Below are positions 55,730 to 64,000 of a DNA stretch of 64,000 nucleotides, one piece after another; positions within the stretch are counted from its first letter, which is position 1, and the number at the start of each line of letters is the position of its first letter. The DNA is taken from assembly GCA_963722075.1 (NCBI GenBank), contig CAVRJM010000001.1, forward strand, positions 64,001 through 128,000. The letters run 5' to 3'. Position numbers and translations under genes: made by a program. Under the pieces are notes generated by a model. That model was given only the letters and a program-made list of their open reading frames with translations. It did not search any database and was not told the DNA's origin. Source of the stretch: Candidatus Babeliales bacterium. GTDB lineage: Bacteria > Babelota > Babeliae > Babelales > JANWKD01.

Positions 55730-57640
55730 ATGAAAAAAATAATAATTATTCTTATGGTGGTGTTGGTGGGAATTTATCTGATAACCAAAGTAACAGCAAA
55801 GAGCTGTCCATTAATACCGCGCGAAATATTATTTGGTAATCCTACTGATAAAAAAACGCTAACACGAATATCACCTAATAGTGCGTACCTGACCTACCTT
55901 TCAGCCGTTGATAAGGTGACCAACATTTGGCTCAGATCGGTAGATAAAGATGATGCGCGACCCATTACTTTTGATAAAAATCGTGGCATTCAAACTTATT
56001 TTTGGGCTTATGATAACAACCATATTTTTTATAAACAGGATTTGAATGGTAATGAAAATTGGCGCCTATTTGCCGTTGATATAAATACGGGAGAGGTGAT
56101 TGATTATACACCATTTGATGAGGTGCAAGTTAATATGGTGGAATATAATAAATTTCATCCCGATCGTATGCTTATTGAAATGAATAAGCGGGATCCCAAA
56201 GCGCATGATGTATATGAACTGGATCTAAAAACGAAAGAATTAAAACTCATTAATGAAAATCCTGGCAGAGTTGTTGAATGGATTGCTGATCATAATTTAA
56301 ATCTATTGGGTAAGGTAGAATCAATTGAAGACAAGGGTGGTTATATTTTATTTACCCGCGCAAACACAACAGAGCCATGGAAAGAAATTGCACGTTGGGA
56401 TGCCTATGAAGCCGCGCCAGCCTTTTATTTTTCCAAAAATGCCGATTATTTATTTTCAATTGATTCGCGCAATAGTAATACCAGCAGATTTGTAAAAATT
56501 AATGCACGTACTGGCGAAGTAACGCCGTTAGTTTCAGATCCAGAATATGATATAAATGGCAGTATGCTTATTGATTCAGATACCTTGGAACCATTAGCGG
56601 TGAGTTATACCAAAGATCGTTTAGTGTGGGTACCGCTTACTGAAGATATTGCGCACACATTTTCTCAATTGCGTACTATTGATGAGGGTGAAATTTTAAT
56701 CAACGCGCGAACTGAAGATGATATGTTGTGGGTTGTTGCCTTTATGAAAGATACTGGCCCGGTAACCTATTGGCTATTTGATAGAAAAACTAATGAAAAA
56801 AGATTTTTATTTAATCATCAATCCACCTACAATAACTATAAACTTTCTCCGATGATCCCAATTGAATTTAAAGCGCGCGATGGATTAACAATTCATGGCT
56901 ATTTAACGTATCCCTGTGGTGAGCAAAAAACGAATTTACCATTAGTGCTTAATGTGCATGGTGGGCCATGGACACGTGATAACTGGGGATTTAATCCTGA
57001 AGTGCAATGGCTTGCTAATCGCGGCTATGCGGTACTTGAAGTTAATTATCGCGGTTCTTCTGGATACGGTAAATCATTTTTAAATGCGGGTAATAAAGAG
57101 TGGGGTAAAGCAATGCAAAATGATCTTACTGATGCGGTGCACTGGGCAATCAATGCAGGTATTGCAGATCCTAAAAAAGTGGCTATTTATGGGGGCTCTT
57201 ATGGCGGATACGCAGCATTAGCAGGAGCTACTTTAACTCCTGATTTGTATTGCTGTGCCATTGATATTGTGGGTATTAGTAATATCAGTACGCTGTTGAA
57301 ATCTATTCCGCCTTATTGGACCTCAATGATTGAAATATATTATAACCGCGTAGGAAATCCTGATACTGAAAAAGAGCTGCTTGATGCGGTTTCGCCCTTA
57401 TTTCATGTTGATGCAATTAAAATTCCTATTTTAATAGCGCAAGGTGCTAGTGATCCACGCGTAAAACAAGCAGAATCGGATCAAATCGTTGAAGCGATGA
57501 AGAAAAAGGGATTGCAATATGAATATCTATTATTTCCCGATGAAGGGCATGGTTTTGTAAAACCGCAAAATAGATTGAAATTTTATAAAGCAGCAGAAAA
57601 ATTTTTAGCGCGGTATTTAGGCGGAAGATATGAATCTTAA
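55730..57640 (+). CDS. S9-family (prolyl oligo/acylaminoacyl) peptidase
   Basis: VHGGPW, NYRGSSGYG, GGSYGGY nucleophile, DPRV, DEGHGF. Confidence 0.95.
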   Translation: MKKIIIILMVVLVGIYLITKVTAKSCPLIPREILFGNPTDKKTLTRISPNSAYLTYLSAVDKVTNIWLRSVDKDDARPITFDKNRGIQTYFWAYDNNHIFYKQDLNGNENWRLFAVDINTGEVIDYTPFDEVQVNMVEYNKFHPDRMLIEMNKRDPKAHDVYELDLKTKELKLINENPGRVVEWIADHNLNLLGKVESIEDKGGYILFTRANTTEPWKEIARWDAYEAAPAFYFSKNADYLFSIDSRNSNTSRFVKINARTGEVTPLVSDPEYDINGSMLIDSDTLEPLAVSYTKDRLVWVPLTEDIAHTFSQLRTIDEGEILINARTEDDMLWVVAFMKDTGPVTYWLFDRKTNEKRFLFNHQSTYNNYKLSPMIPIEFKARDGLTIHGYLTYPCGEQKTNLPLVLNVHGGPWTRDNWGFNPEVQWLANRGYAVLEVNYRGSSGYGKSFLNAGNKEWGKAMQNDLTDAVHWAINAGIADPKKVAIYGGSYGGYAALAGATLTPDLYCCAIDIVGISNISTLLKSIPPYWTSMIEIYYNRVGNPDTEKELLDAVSPLFHVDAIKIPILIAQGASDPRVKQAESDQIVEAMKKKGLQYEYLLFPDEGHGFVKPQNRLKFYKAAEKFLARYLGGRYES

Positions 57641-57665
57641 TTAAACTATAAACAAGGAGAGAATA

Positions 57666-58286
57666 ATGAAGAAAAATAGCTTTGTTATGCTATTATTATG
57701 TGGTGGAATATTGTGCAGCTCCAGGAATTTAGCAATTACGCCGAAAGATTTTGTTGAAAGAATCTCTCGTGGAGAAGAAGAGGCGGCTAGTAAGGAAGTT
57801 GAGGAAGAATACGTTAAACCTATTATAAAAATTATTGAAAATTTTAGAGAGATAGTAGAAAAAGGTTTAGAGCCAGTTTTTGTATCTCCTGCAGATTCGT
57901 TAACACAATATTATAAAAATCTTAATGATTTTATTACTGAAGCGATTACTTATGTTGACAATACTTATCCTAAAAACAAGGTTCTTAAAAAAACTATCCT
58001 TGAAAATCTCCCACTTCAAAAAATTATGAAGCGAACTTTAAGTTTTAAATTTTATGACAAATATCCTAAAGAAGCACTAGAATTGCTTAAACCATATCGA
58101 GAATTTCTTAAAAATAACTATTATAAAAGTTCTTTGTCAAAACTATATACCCAACTTGATAACCTTATTAATAAAATAGAAGCATATCTTCGCAAGTTAC
58201 CTAAAAACGATGCACTACAAGATTTAGCAGCAGCTCTTAATGAATTAAATAATAAACTTAACCAGCTTTCTACAGATTTACGGTAA
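57666..58286 (+). CDS. Hypothetical secreted helical protein
   Basis: AGGAG RBS, signal peptide, helical/coiled-coil composition. Confidence 0.7.
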   Translation: MKKNSFVMLLLCGGILCSSRNLAITPKDFVERISRGEEEAASKEVEEEYVKPIIKIIENFREIVEKGLEPVFVSPADSLTQYYKNLNDFITEAITYVDNTYPKNKVLKKTILENLPLQKIMKRTLSFKFYDKYPKEALELLKPYREFLKNNYYKSSLSKLYTQLDNLINKIEAYLRKLPKNDALQDLAAALNELNNKLNQLSTDLR

Positions 58287-58379
58287 GAAATGAAAAAGTA
58301 AGTATAAGTCTTATCACAAGGCAAACCCATTTAAAATATAGTACTTAAAAGAGTTATTCTTTATGAATGATTTTATTAA

Positions 58380-58441
58380 TGGATGGCCACGCAGGCTCGC
58401 CATGACAACTATTGTCATTCCGAACGAAGTGTGGGAATCCA
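58380..58441. repeat. Inverted pair of YGTC...CCA elements (58380-58407 -, 58413-58441 +)
   Basis: Reverse complement TGTC-ATGGC-GA-GCCTGC-GTG-GCCAT-CCA; TGTC-ATTCC-GA-ACGAAGT-GTG-GGAAT-CCA. Confidence 0.85.
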
Positions 58442-58526
58442 TTAATTAATACCCCTTTTTTATTATTTCTAAGGTCTAAAATATATCGGTAAATTTTAGT
58501 TGAGATAATCCCTATCAAAAATTTTA

Positions 58527-58554
58527 TTGACAAATAATAATTTTTCTATAAAAT
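58527..58554 (+). promoter_or_regulatory. Sigma70-type promoter
   Basis: TTGACA-16 nt-TAAAAT; GGAGG RBS follows. Confidence 0.65.
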
Positions 58555-58575
58555 GATAATAAATGGAGGAAAATT

Positions 58576-59373
58576 ATGAAAATCAATAAAACACTAATTC
58601 TTACCGTAATTACGGCTTTTTCTATTATTTTAATCAGATCTTATAATGAATGGGTATCTAAGCCCATTGAACCTGGTTTGGTTAAAGCTTTAATAGCTAC
58701 AGATTCTTTTAATCAAAAAAACAGTGTTTCAGAATATAAGCAGTGGATTGATCAAGAAATAAGTACGATTTGGCAAGAAATTCAAGAAATAACCACCATT
58801 TCATTAGAAGATTGTATTGCCTATCAAAAAAAAACTTACCCAGCATATCTTGAAGAAACAAACAAATTTCTTGATAGTTTTAATGAATTAAAACCCGTAA
58901 GCCAAGAAATTACTACTCTCATTAAAAATATCTTAGCGGAATTTAAGGTAGATCCAGCAACAATTCGTATTATTCCGTTTAATCATTTTTGCCCTGCAGC
59001 GGGTGATGATTGTTCTTTATTAATTAATGAAGAACTATTTGGTCAATTAAAGCCATTGGCACAAAGATTTTGCATTGCCCATGAATTGCAGCATTTTATT
59101 TTTAAAGATAATTCTATCAAATCAGCATTAATAACATTAACAAAACTTGATACAAAAAATTTACCTGTTGAACATCCTATTAATAAACTTTCACGAATGA
59201 TTGAATTGCGTGCTGATATCTATGCTTGTTTTGCTGGCACTCAGTACACACAAGGGTATCAAGAATTTATTGATAAAACATTTCAAATCATTGGTGATGG
59301 AAAAGGGCTTACTCATCCTAAAACATCATTACGATTATCATATGCACAACAATTAAAAACCATTGTTGCATAA
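58576..59373 (+). CDS. Zinc metalloprotease, M48-like
   Basis: AHELQH (HExxH), ELRAD, THP..SLR; N-terminal anchor. Confidence 0.75.
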   Translation: MKINKTLILTVITAFSIILIRSYNEWVSKPIEPGLVKALIATDSFNQKNSVSEYKQWIDQEISTIWQEIQEITTISLEDCIAYQKKTYPAYLEETNKFLDSFNELKPVSQEITTLIKNILAEFKVDPATIRIIPFNHFCPAAGDDCSLLINEELFGQLKPLAQRFCIAHELQHFIFKDNSIKSALITLTKLDTKNLPVEHPINKLSRMIELRADIYACFAGTQYTQGYQEFIDKTFQIIGDGKGLTHPKTSLRLSYAQQLKTIVA

Positions 59374-59381
59374 ATAATTTT

Positions 59382-59416
59382 AGGCGCTTATATCAAAAAT
59401 AAGCGCCTCTTTTTTT
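59382..59416 (+). terminator. Intrinsic terminator
   Basis: AGGCGCTTAT-ATCAAAA-ATAAGCGCCT followed by a T-run. Confidence 0.75.
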
Positions 59417-59511
59417 ATCTCTTTTTGTACTTATCCATTTTTAATATCCCTCAATTTATTGTCTACTCTAAATTATATATGAAAATATATTAATTTAATA
59501 AATTAATGCAA

Positions 59512-59539
59512 TTGACAAATAAGAAATATTTGGTAAAGT
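59512..59539 (+). promoter_or_regulatory. Sigma70-type promoter
   Basis: TTGACA-16 nt-TAAAGT with extended TG. Confidence 0.55.
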
Positions 59540-59585
59540 TAGAATATATGCGTTATTTAATTAATAAGTATTAATGGAGGGAAAT

Positions 59586-61274
59586 ATGAAAAAAATAACT
59601 TATTTATTACTGCTTTTGCCATTTGCATTACGGGGTATGGAATTTGCCCCTAAAAATGAATATGATTTTTTAACGAAAGATGGTAAAACCATTACCTTTA
59701 AAAAAACTATATGCCAAAAATGTACGACATTAAAAAATTGTATAGATAATGAGCAAACAGTTGAATCAAGCGATGAAAAAAGTATAGCTCGTTTGCCATT
59801 TTCTTTTAATACGCTTAGCCAGTTGCGCAATCTTATTAATCATGCAAGCAATAAAAGAAATAATAATAATATAAATGAGCTATTTGAATATTCCTTACCT
59901 GATTTTATTGAATTATTTAAAGCAGTAACGTATTTAGATTGCTCTGTTGTTAGACCATTTATTATGAATAAACTTGTTAAAAATTGTGTTGAATTATTAC
60001 CTGAAACATACATTAATTTAAAACTTGCAAATGAAATAGGTATTCCTGAAAGTGATGTTGGCATTAACGAAATATGCTTATTATTAAAAGAAGAAACTGA
60101 TAGCATTAAAAATTTACAAAAGCATATCAAGCCCAATGAAATTTCTTTAACAGTAAGTGCTACTTTTTTAAATACATCTATTACCGGTTCCACTTATCCC
60201 GTTTATGATAATGAAATAGATGGTTATGGAATAATTGATATCGAAAGTAAAGCACGAAAACATACCGTTTATACGATACCTAAAGATCGTGTATTACAAA
60301 TTCACACCTTCAATGATGTACATGTAGTAATTTCGCATAATACTGAAACCAACCAGTACAAAATAACAATGCATCAGCCAAACGCAAACCCAATAATAAT
60401 TCGTAGTGCTAGCAAAATTCATTCCGTTAATTTATCCCCTGATAAGAATAGCTTACTTATTGGTTGTGGCGGTGGTAGCATGTTTGAATATAATTTGAAA
60501 ACAAGAAAACCTATTCTTATAAATACTAACGCACGTTTTGTTTTTTTGGTTCAGTATTCACCGTGTGGAACACATTTTGTTGGAGTTTCTGAAGGTAAAG
60601 TAAAAATCTGGGATACACCAACAAAAAAATGTCTTGCTGAATTGGTGACGAAGCCATATAATCAGCTTACCCTTGGTAAGACCGTATCCTTCTCAGCTCA
60701 TAACGAAGTAGCATACATTGGATTAGATGATACGATTCATATTATTGATTTGAATTCAATAACAGAAAAAGTACCTAATGAAATAGTAATTTCAATGCCA
60801 GAATTATCAGAAAGTACGGCTTTATGCTTTTCTTCTGATGGCAACTATTTAGCTGTACAAAAAGGCGAAAGCGAAGTCATTTTAATCGATAGAGTCGCAA
60901 AGCAAATCGCGTATCGCTTTGCTAATTTTGCTAAGGAACTAAAAATTGGCGGTATATTTTTTAGTGAGGATGATTCTCAAATTAAATTGTATGATGCTCA
61001 TCATCAAAAAATGTACTGTTTTCCTTTATGTATATCTAAATCATATATTGCATCATTAACAAATGAACAGTTATTATTGTTAACACATATTGCTGATCAA
61101 TATGCTACTAATGAGGACGCGGTAGTTTTACCGCAGTTGGCTTTATCCAAGGTACCAAATTCATTAGCGGCTGCTCTTACAAAATCGAATATTATAAGAA
61201 CAGTTTCTTGGAAGGAGCTAACAGTTTCTTGGATGGCAAGACTAAAAAATAAAATTGGCTCAATATTAGAGTAA
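59586..61274 (+). CDS. Secreted Skp1/BTB-POZ-like plus WD40-repeat protein
   Basis: GGAGG RBS; signal peptide ending LRG-MEF; FLTKDGKTITF...CTTLKNCI...FIELFKAVTYLD; WD40-like SVNLSPDK, VQYSPCGTHFV..SEGKVKIWD, ALCFSSDGNYLA. Confidence 0.78.
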   Translation: MKKITYLLLLLPFALRGMEFAPKNEYDFLTKDGKTITFKKTICQKCTTLKNCIDNEQTVESSDEKSIARLPFSFNTLSQLRNLINHASNKRNNNNINELFEYSLPDFIELFKAVTYLDCSVVRPFIMNKLVKNCVELLPETYINLKLANEIGIPESDVGINEICLLLKEETDSIKNLQKHIKPNEISLTVSATFLNTSITGSTYPVYDNEIDGYGIIDIESKARKHTVYTIPKDRVLQIHTFNDVHVVISHNTETNQYKITMHQPNANPIIIRSASKIHSVNLSPDKNSLLIGCGGGSMFEYNLKTRKPILINTNARFVFLVQYSPCGTHFVGVSEGKVKIWDTPTKKCLAELVTKPYNQLTLGKTVSFSAHNEVAYIGLDDTIHIIDLNSITEKVPNEIVISMPELSESTALCFSSDGNYLAVQKGESEVILIDRVAKQIAYRFANFAKELKIGGIFFSEDDSQIKLYDAHHQKMYCFPLCISKSYIASLTNEQLLLLTHIADQYATNEDAVVLPQLALSKVPNSLAAALTKSNIIRTVSWKELTVSWMARLKNKIGSILE

Positions 61275-61284
61275 AAGAAAAAAT

Positions 61285-61312
61285 AAAAGGCGCATGTATA
61301 TGCGCCTTTTTT
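61285..61312. terminator. Bidirectional intrinsic terminator
   Basis: AAAAGGCGCAT-GTAT-ATGCGCCTTTTTT between convergent genes. Confidence 0.85.
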
Positions 61313-61313
61313 A

Positions 61314-62768
61314 TTATAAATATTTTTTTAATAATTCTGGAATAATTTTAGGATTTGCTTTACCTGCTGTTTTTTGCATAATTTGCCCTACAAAGAACCC
61401 AAACATTTTTTCTTTGCCAGATTTATATTCAGCAACCTGAGCGGGAAATTGTGCAATTACCTCTTTAACAATCTTTTCAATTTCTTCAGTCGATTGTATT
61501 TGCTCAAGGCCACGTTCTTTAACAATTGCTTCAGGGGATTGCCCTGTTTGGGCAATAACGGCAAAAACTTCTTGAGCACCACGGTTATTAATAATACCGC
61601 TATCTACTAAGTTAACTAATTGAGCTAATTTTTCGGCGGTAATTTTACATTCAGCTAATGCTACTTTGTGCTCTTTTAAATAACCCATCAAATCGCGTAA
61701 AATCCAATTTACTAAAGATTTACTTGAAGTATGATTTGCTGCCTCTTCAAAATAGGTACATAATTCAGGATCTTCAATAAGAATCTCAGCTTCATATACC
61801 GAGATTCCTTTTTGTGTGCAATAACGTTCTAAACGCTGTTCTGGCAGTTCTGGCAACTGTTTTTTTAATTCATCTATTAATTCGTCATTAACGGCAATAA
61901 GTGGTAGATCTGCCTCGCGGCAATAACGATAATCAGCAGCTTCTTCTTTAGAACGCATGGGGCGGCTTATTTGTTCCTTAGTATCCCATTGGCGTGTTTC
62001 TTGTTTGATGCGTTGCCCTGATTCTAGAAGTTCAATTTGGCGTTCGATTTCATATTCAATAGCATCGCCAATAAATTTGAATGAGTTAATATTTTTTAAT
62101 TCAACGCGTGTTCCCAGTTTAGTGTCGCCTTTTTTGCGTACTGATATATTGGTATCAGCGCGTAATGATCCTTCTTGCATATTACCGGTACTAATCCCCA
62201 AATATACTACAATAAGACGCAATGTTTTAAGATATGCTTTTGCTTCTTCAGCAGAACTGATATCTGGGTGGGTGACTATTTCAAGTAACGGGGTACCAGT
62301 GCGATTGAAGTCAACAAAACTTTCATTGGAATGCGTTGCATGAATATTTTTGCCCGCGTCTTCTTCCATATGAATACGCATGATTCGTACATTTTTTTTA
62401 GTACCATCAGCTAATCGACTGCGAATATGGCCATTTTGGCAAATGGGCTTATCGTTTTGTGTAATTTGGTAATTTTTGGGCAAATCAGGATAGAAATAAT
62501 GCTTGCGCGCAAATTCTGATACCGGAGTGATAGTACAATTAGTTGCTATACCTGCTAAAACTGCATCATATACCACTTGTTTATTTAATACCGGTAATAC
62601 GCCTGGGTATCCAGTGCAAATTTGGCAGATATTGGTATTTGGTTCTTGTACGGGCTCATTAGAGCAGGTGCAAAATATTTTTGTTTTGGTATTTAATTGA
62701 ACATGTACTTCGATACCAATAGTGCATTCATATTCAGGATATCGTTGTAATGCAGAGAGCTCAGCCAT
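61314..62768 (-). CDS. gatB: Asp/Glu-tRNA amidotransferase subunit B
   Basis: IGIEVHVQL, RKHYFYPDLPKNYQITQ, HMEEDAGK, DFNRTGTPLLEIVT, VELKNINS, MRSKE. Confidence 0.98.
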   Translation of the reverse strand: MAELSALQRYPEYECTIGIEVHVQLNTKTKIFCTCSNEPVQEPNTNICQICTGYPGVLPVLNKQVVYDAVLAGIATNCTITPVSEFARKHYFYPDLPKNYQITQNDKPICQNGHIRSRLADGTKKNVRIMRIHMEEDAGKNIHATHSNESFVDFNRTGTPLLEIVTHPDISSAEEAKAYLKTLRLIVVYLGISTGNMQEGSLRADTNISVRKKGDTKLGTRVELKNINSFKFIGDAIEYEIERQIELLESGQRIKQETRQWDTKEQISRPMRSKEEAADYRYCREADLPLIAVNDELIDELKKQLPELPEQRLERYCTQKGISVYEAEILIEDPELCTYFEEAANHTSSKSLVNWILRDLMGYLKEHKVALAECKITAEKLAQLVNLVDSGIINNRGAQEVFAVIAQTGQSPEAIVKERGLEQIQSTEEIEKIVKEVIAQFPAQVAEYKSGKEKMFGFFVGQIMQKTAGKANPKIIPELLKKYL

Positions 62769-63318
62769 GATGTTCCTTATCCGTGTTATTTGTGGTTAAG
62801 AGCGCTGCGGTTTGTTGAGGTTGTTGTTTAAAATAATTTATGAGATCTTTTACGCTGTCAAAACCAATAAATTCTCCTGTTTGAGAATTAGTAATACGTA
62901 TATTAGGAATTCCATAAAAGGCGCCAAGCTCATCCATTCTTTTGCGGACAAATGGTTCAATATAAGTGCGCATAGTCATAGTTCCTTGTAAATTTTTTTT
63001 TGTGAGCTCATCATAAGTAAGTTCGCCCAGTTTTATTAATGTTGAATGAACTTGCCCAATATTTATACAATATTGTTTTTTTTGCAGTGATATTCTTTTT
63101 TTTCCACTTAAAAGACTGGTTGCATATACAATTGCAGTTGCTTCATCAACAACTTCAAAAGATTCTCCTAGAGAGCCTGCTGGTAAATTTATTAGTTGTA
63201 ACCAGTTGAGGGGTTGAGGAGCCTCAACTTTCATTGCGTTGATTGCTTGATGTGCTAATAAAAAAATTAATAAAGAAATTGTTTGTTTTTTGTACAAAAC
63301 GAATGTTTTTTTAACCAT
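62761..63318 (-). CDS. Hypothetical secreted protein (TGExIGF family, copy 2)
   Basis: Signal peptide ending INA-MKV; KLGELTYD...SQTGEFIGF; overlaps the gatB start. Confidence 0.7.
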   Translation of the reverse strand: MVKKTFVLYKKQTISLLIFLLAHQAINAMKVEAPQPLNWLQLINLPAGSLGESFEVVDEATAIVYATSLLSGKKRISLQKKQYCINIGQVHSTLIKLGELTYDELTKKNLQGTMTMRTYIEPFVRKRMDELGAFYGIPNIRITNSQTGEFIGFDSVKDLINYFKQQPQQTAALLTTNNTDKEHHG

Positions 63319-63769
63319 GCTGTTCCCCGCTCGTAACATTATTTATAACTAGATTTTTCGAATAATCGGAAAAGTCTTGTTTAAATCCGATTATTTCCCC
63401 CGTTTCAAGTGAAATAATCGGCTCTTTTGAAAACTTATGAGCTTTAAGTATACCTTCAAATTGTAGCGTGATAAACATAGAAATAAAAAGTCCTTTAGGA
63501 ACATTATTATCTAGTTTTTGTTGTACTAATAAATCATAGGTAAAGCTAGCGAGCTTTGATGTAGCAGCATGGATAGAATATATATTATTTTCTGAAGGGG
63601 AACTGAGAACTTTTTTGTCTTGATCATCAAGCTTTTGAAGCCCAACCATGTTGGTAATCGCAGCAATCGTGCTTGATTTAAATAATAGGCGAGCTTTTTC
63701 TATATCGTTCTCCATAGCGCTACTACTGGCACATCCAAATATTAAAAAAAATAAGAGGTAATGAATCAT
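63311..63769 (-). CDS. Hypothetical secreted protein (TGExIGF family, copy 1)
   Basis: AAGGAA RBS before ATG 63769; signal peptide ending SSA-MEN; KLASFTYD...LETGEIIGF. Confidence 0.7.
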   Translation of the reverse strand: MIHYLLFFLIFGCASSSAMENDIEKARLLFKSSTIAAITNMVGLQKLDDQDKKVLSSPSENNIYSIHAATSKLASFTYDLLVQQKLDNNVPKGLFISMFITLQFEGILKAHKFSKEPIISLETGEIIGFKQDFSDYSKNLVINNVTSGEQHG

Positions 63770-64000
63770 AATTGTTCCTTTATAAAGTGTCTTCATTTTT
63801 TTCGGTTAATACATGATTAATTATATATTCTTTTAATTGATCAGTTTCGCATTCATAAATAAGATAATTTTTTTGTTGAGCGAGCTTTGAAATATGAGTA
63901 ATTAATGATTGCAGTGCCTGTTGGCTCTTTTTACTGTTTTTTTTATATTCCTTAAGGGCATTGCGTTCTATTGGGGATAATCGTTTCCAAGCATCTTTTT

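Overview
AT-rich bacterial chromosome segment, most consistent with Candidatus Dependentiae (TM6/Babelota), intracellular parasites of protists. This assignment is inferred from gene content and the many signal-peptide proteins carrying eukaryote-like domains. Housekeeping genes: metG, tilS, lon, a PfkB kinase, a lolD-like ATPase, murJ, a Nudix hydrolase, tRNA-fMet, acpS, a frameshifted yifB/comM, a tandem-fused ddl, orn, a pseudouridine synthase, a LigD ligase domain, an S9 peptidase and gatB. The most striking element is at 1-20 kb: three long secreted proteins, each with a conserved N-terminal domain and a stalk made of 11/14/18/21/25-residue '...FNGTFT' units containing vicinal Cys-Cys. 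Each ends in one of two interchangeable head domains, and stand-alone secreted copies of the same heads lie next to them. I read this as a modular, recombining surface-fibre system. Also present: 13 proteins whose signal peptide ends in x-Met-[EKQD] (candidate effectors, including two F-box proteins and a Skp1-like/WD40 protein), four tandem paralog arrays, 13 copies of a covarying YGTC...CCA hairpin repeat, and three decayed toxin/ATPase modules. Several single-base homopolymer indels may be sequencing errors. All calls come from reading the sequence; no database searches were run.
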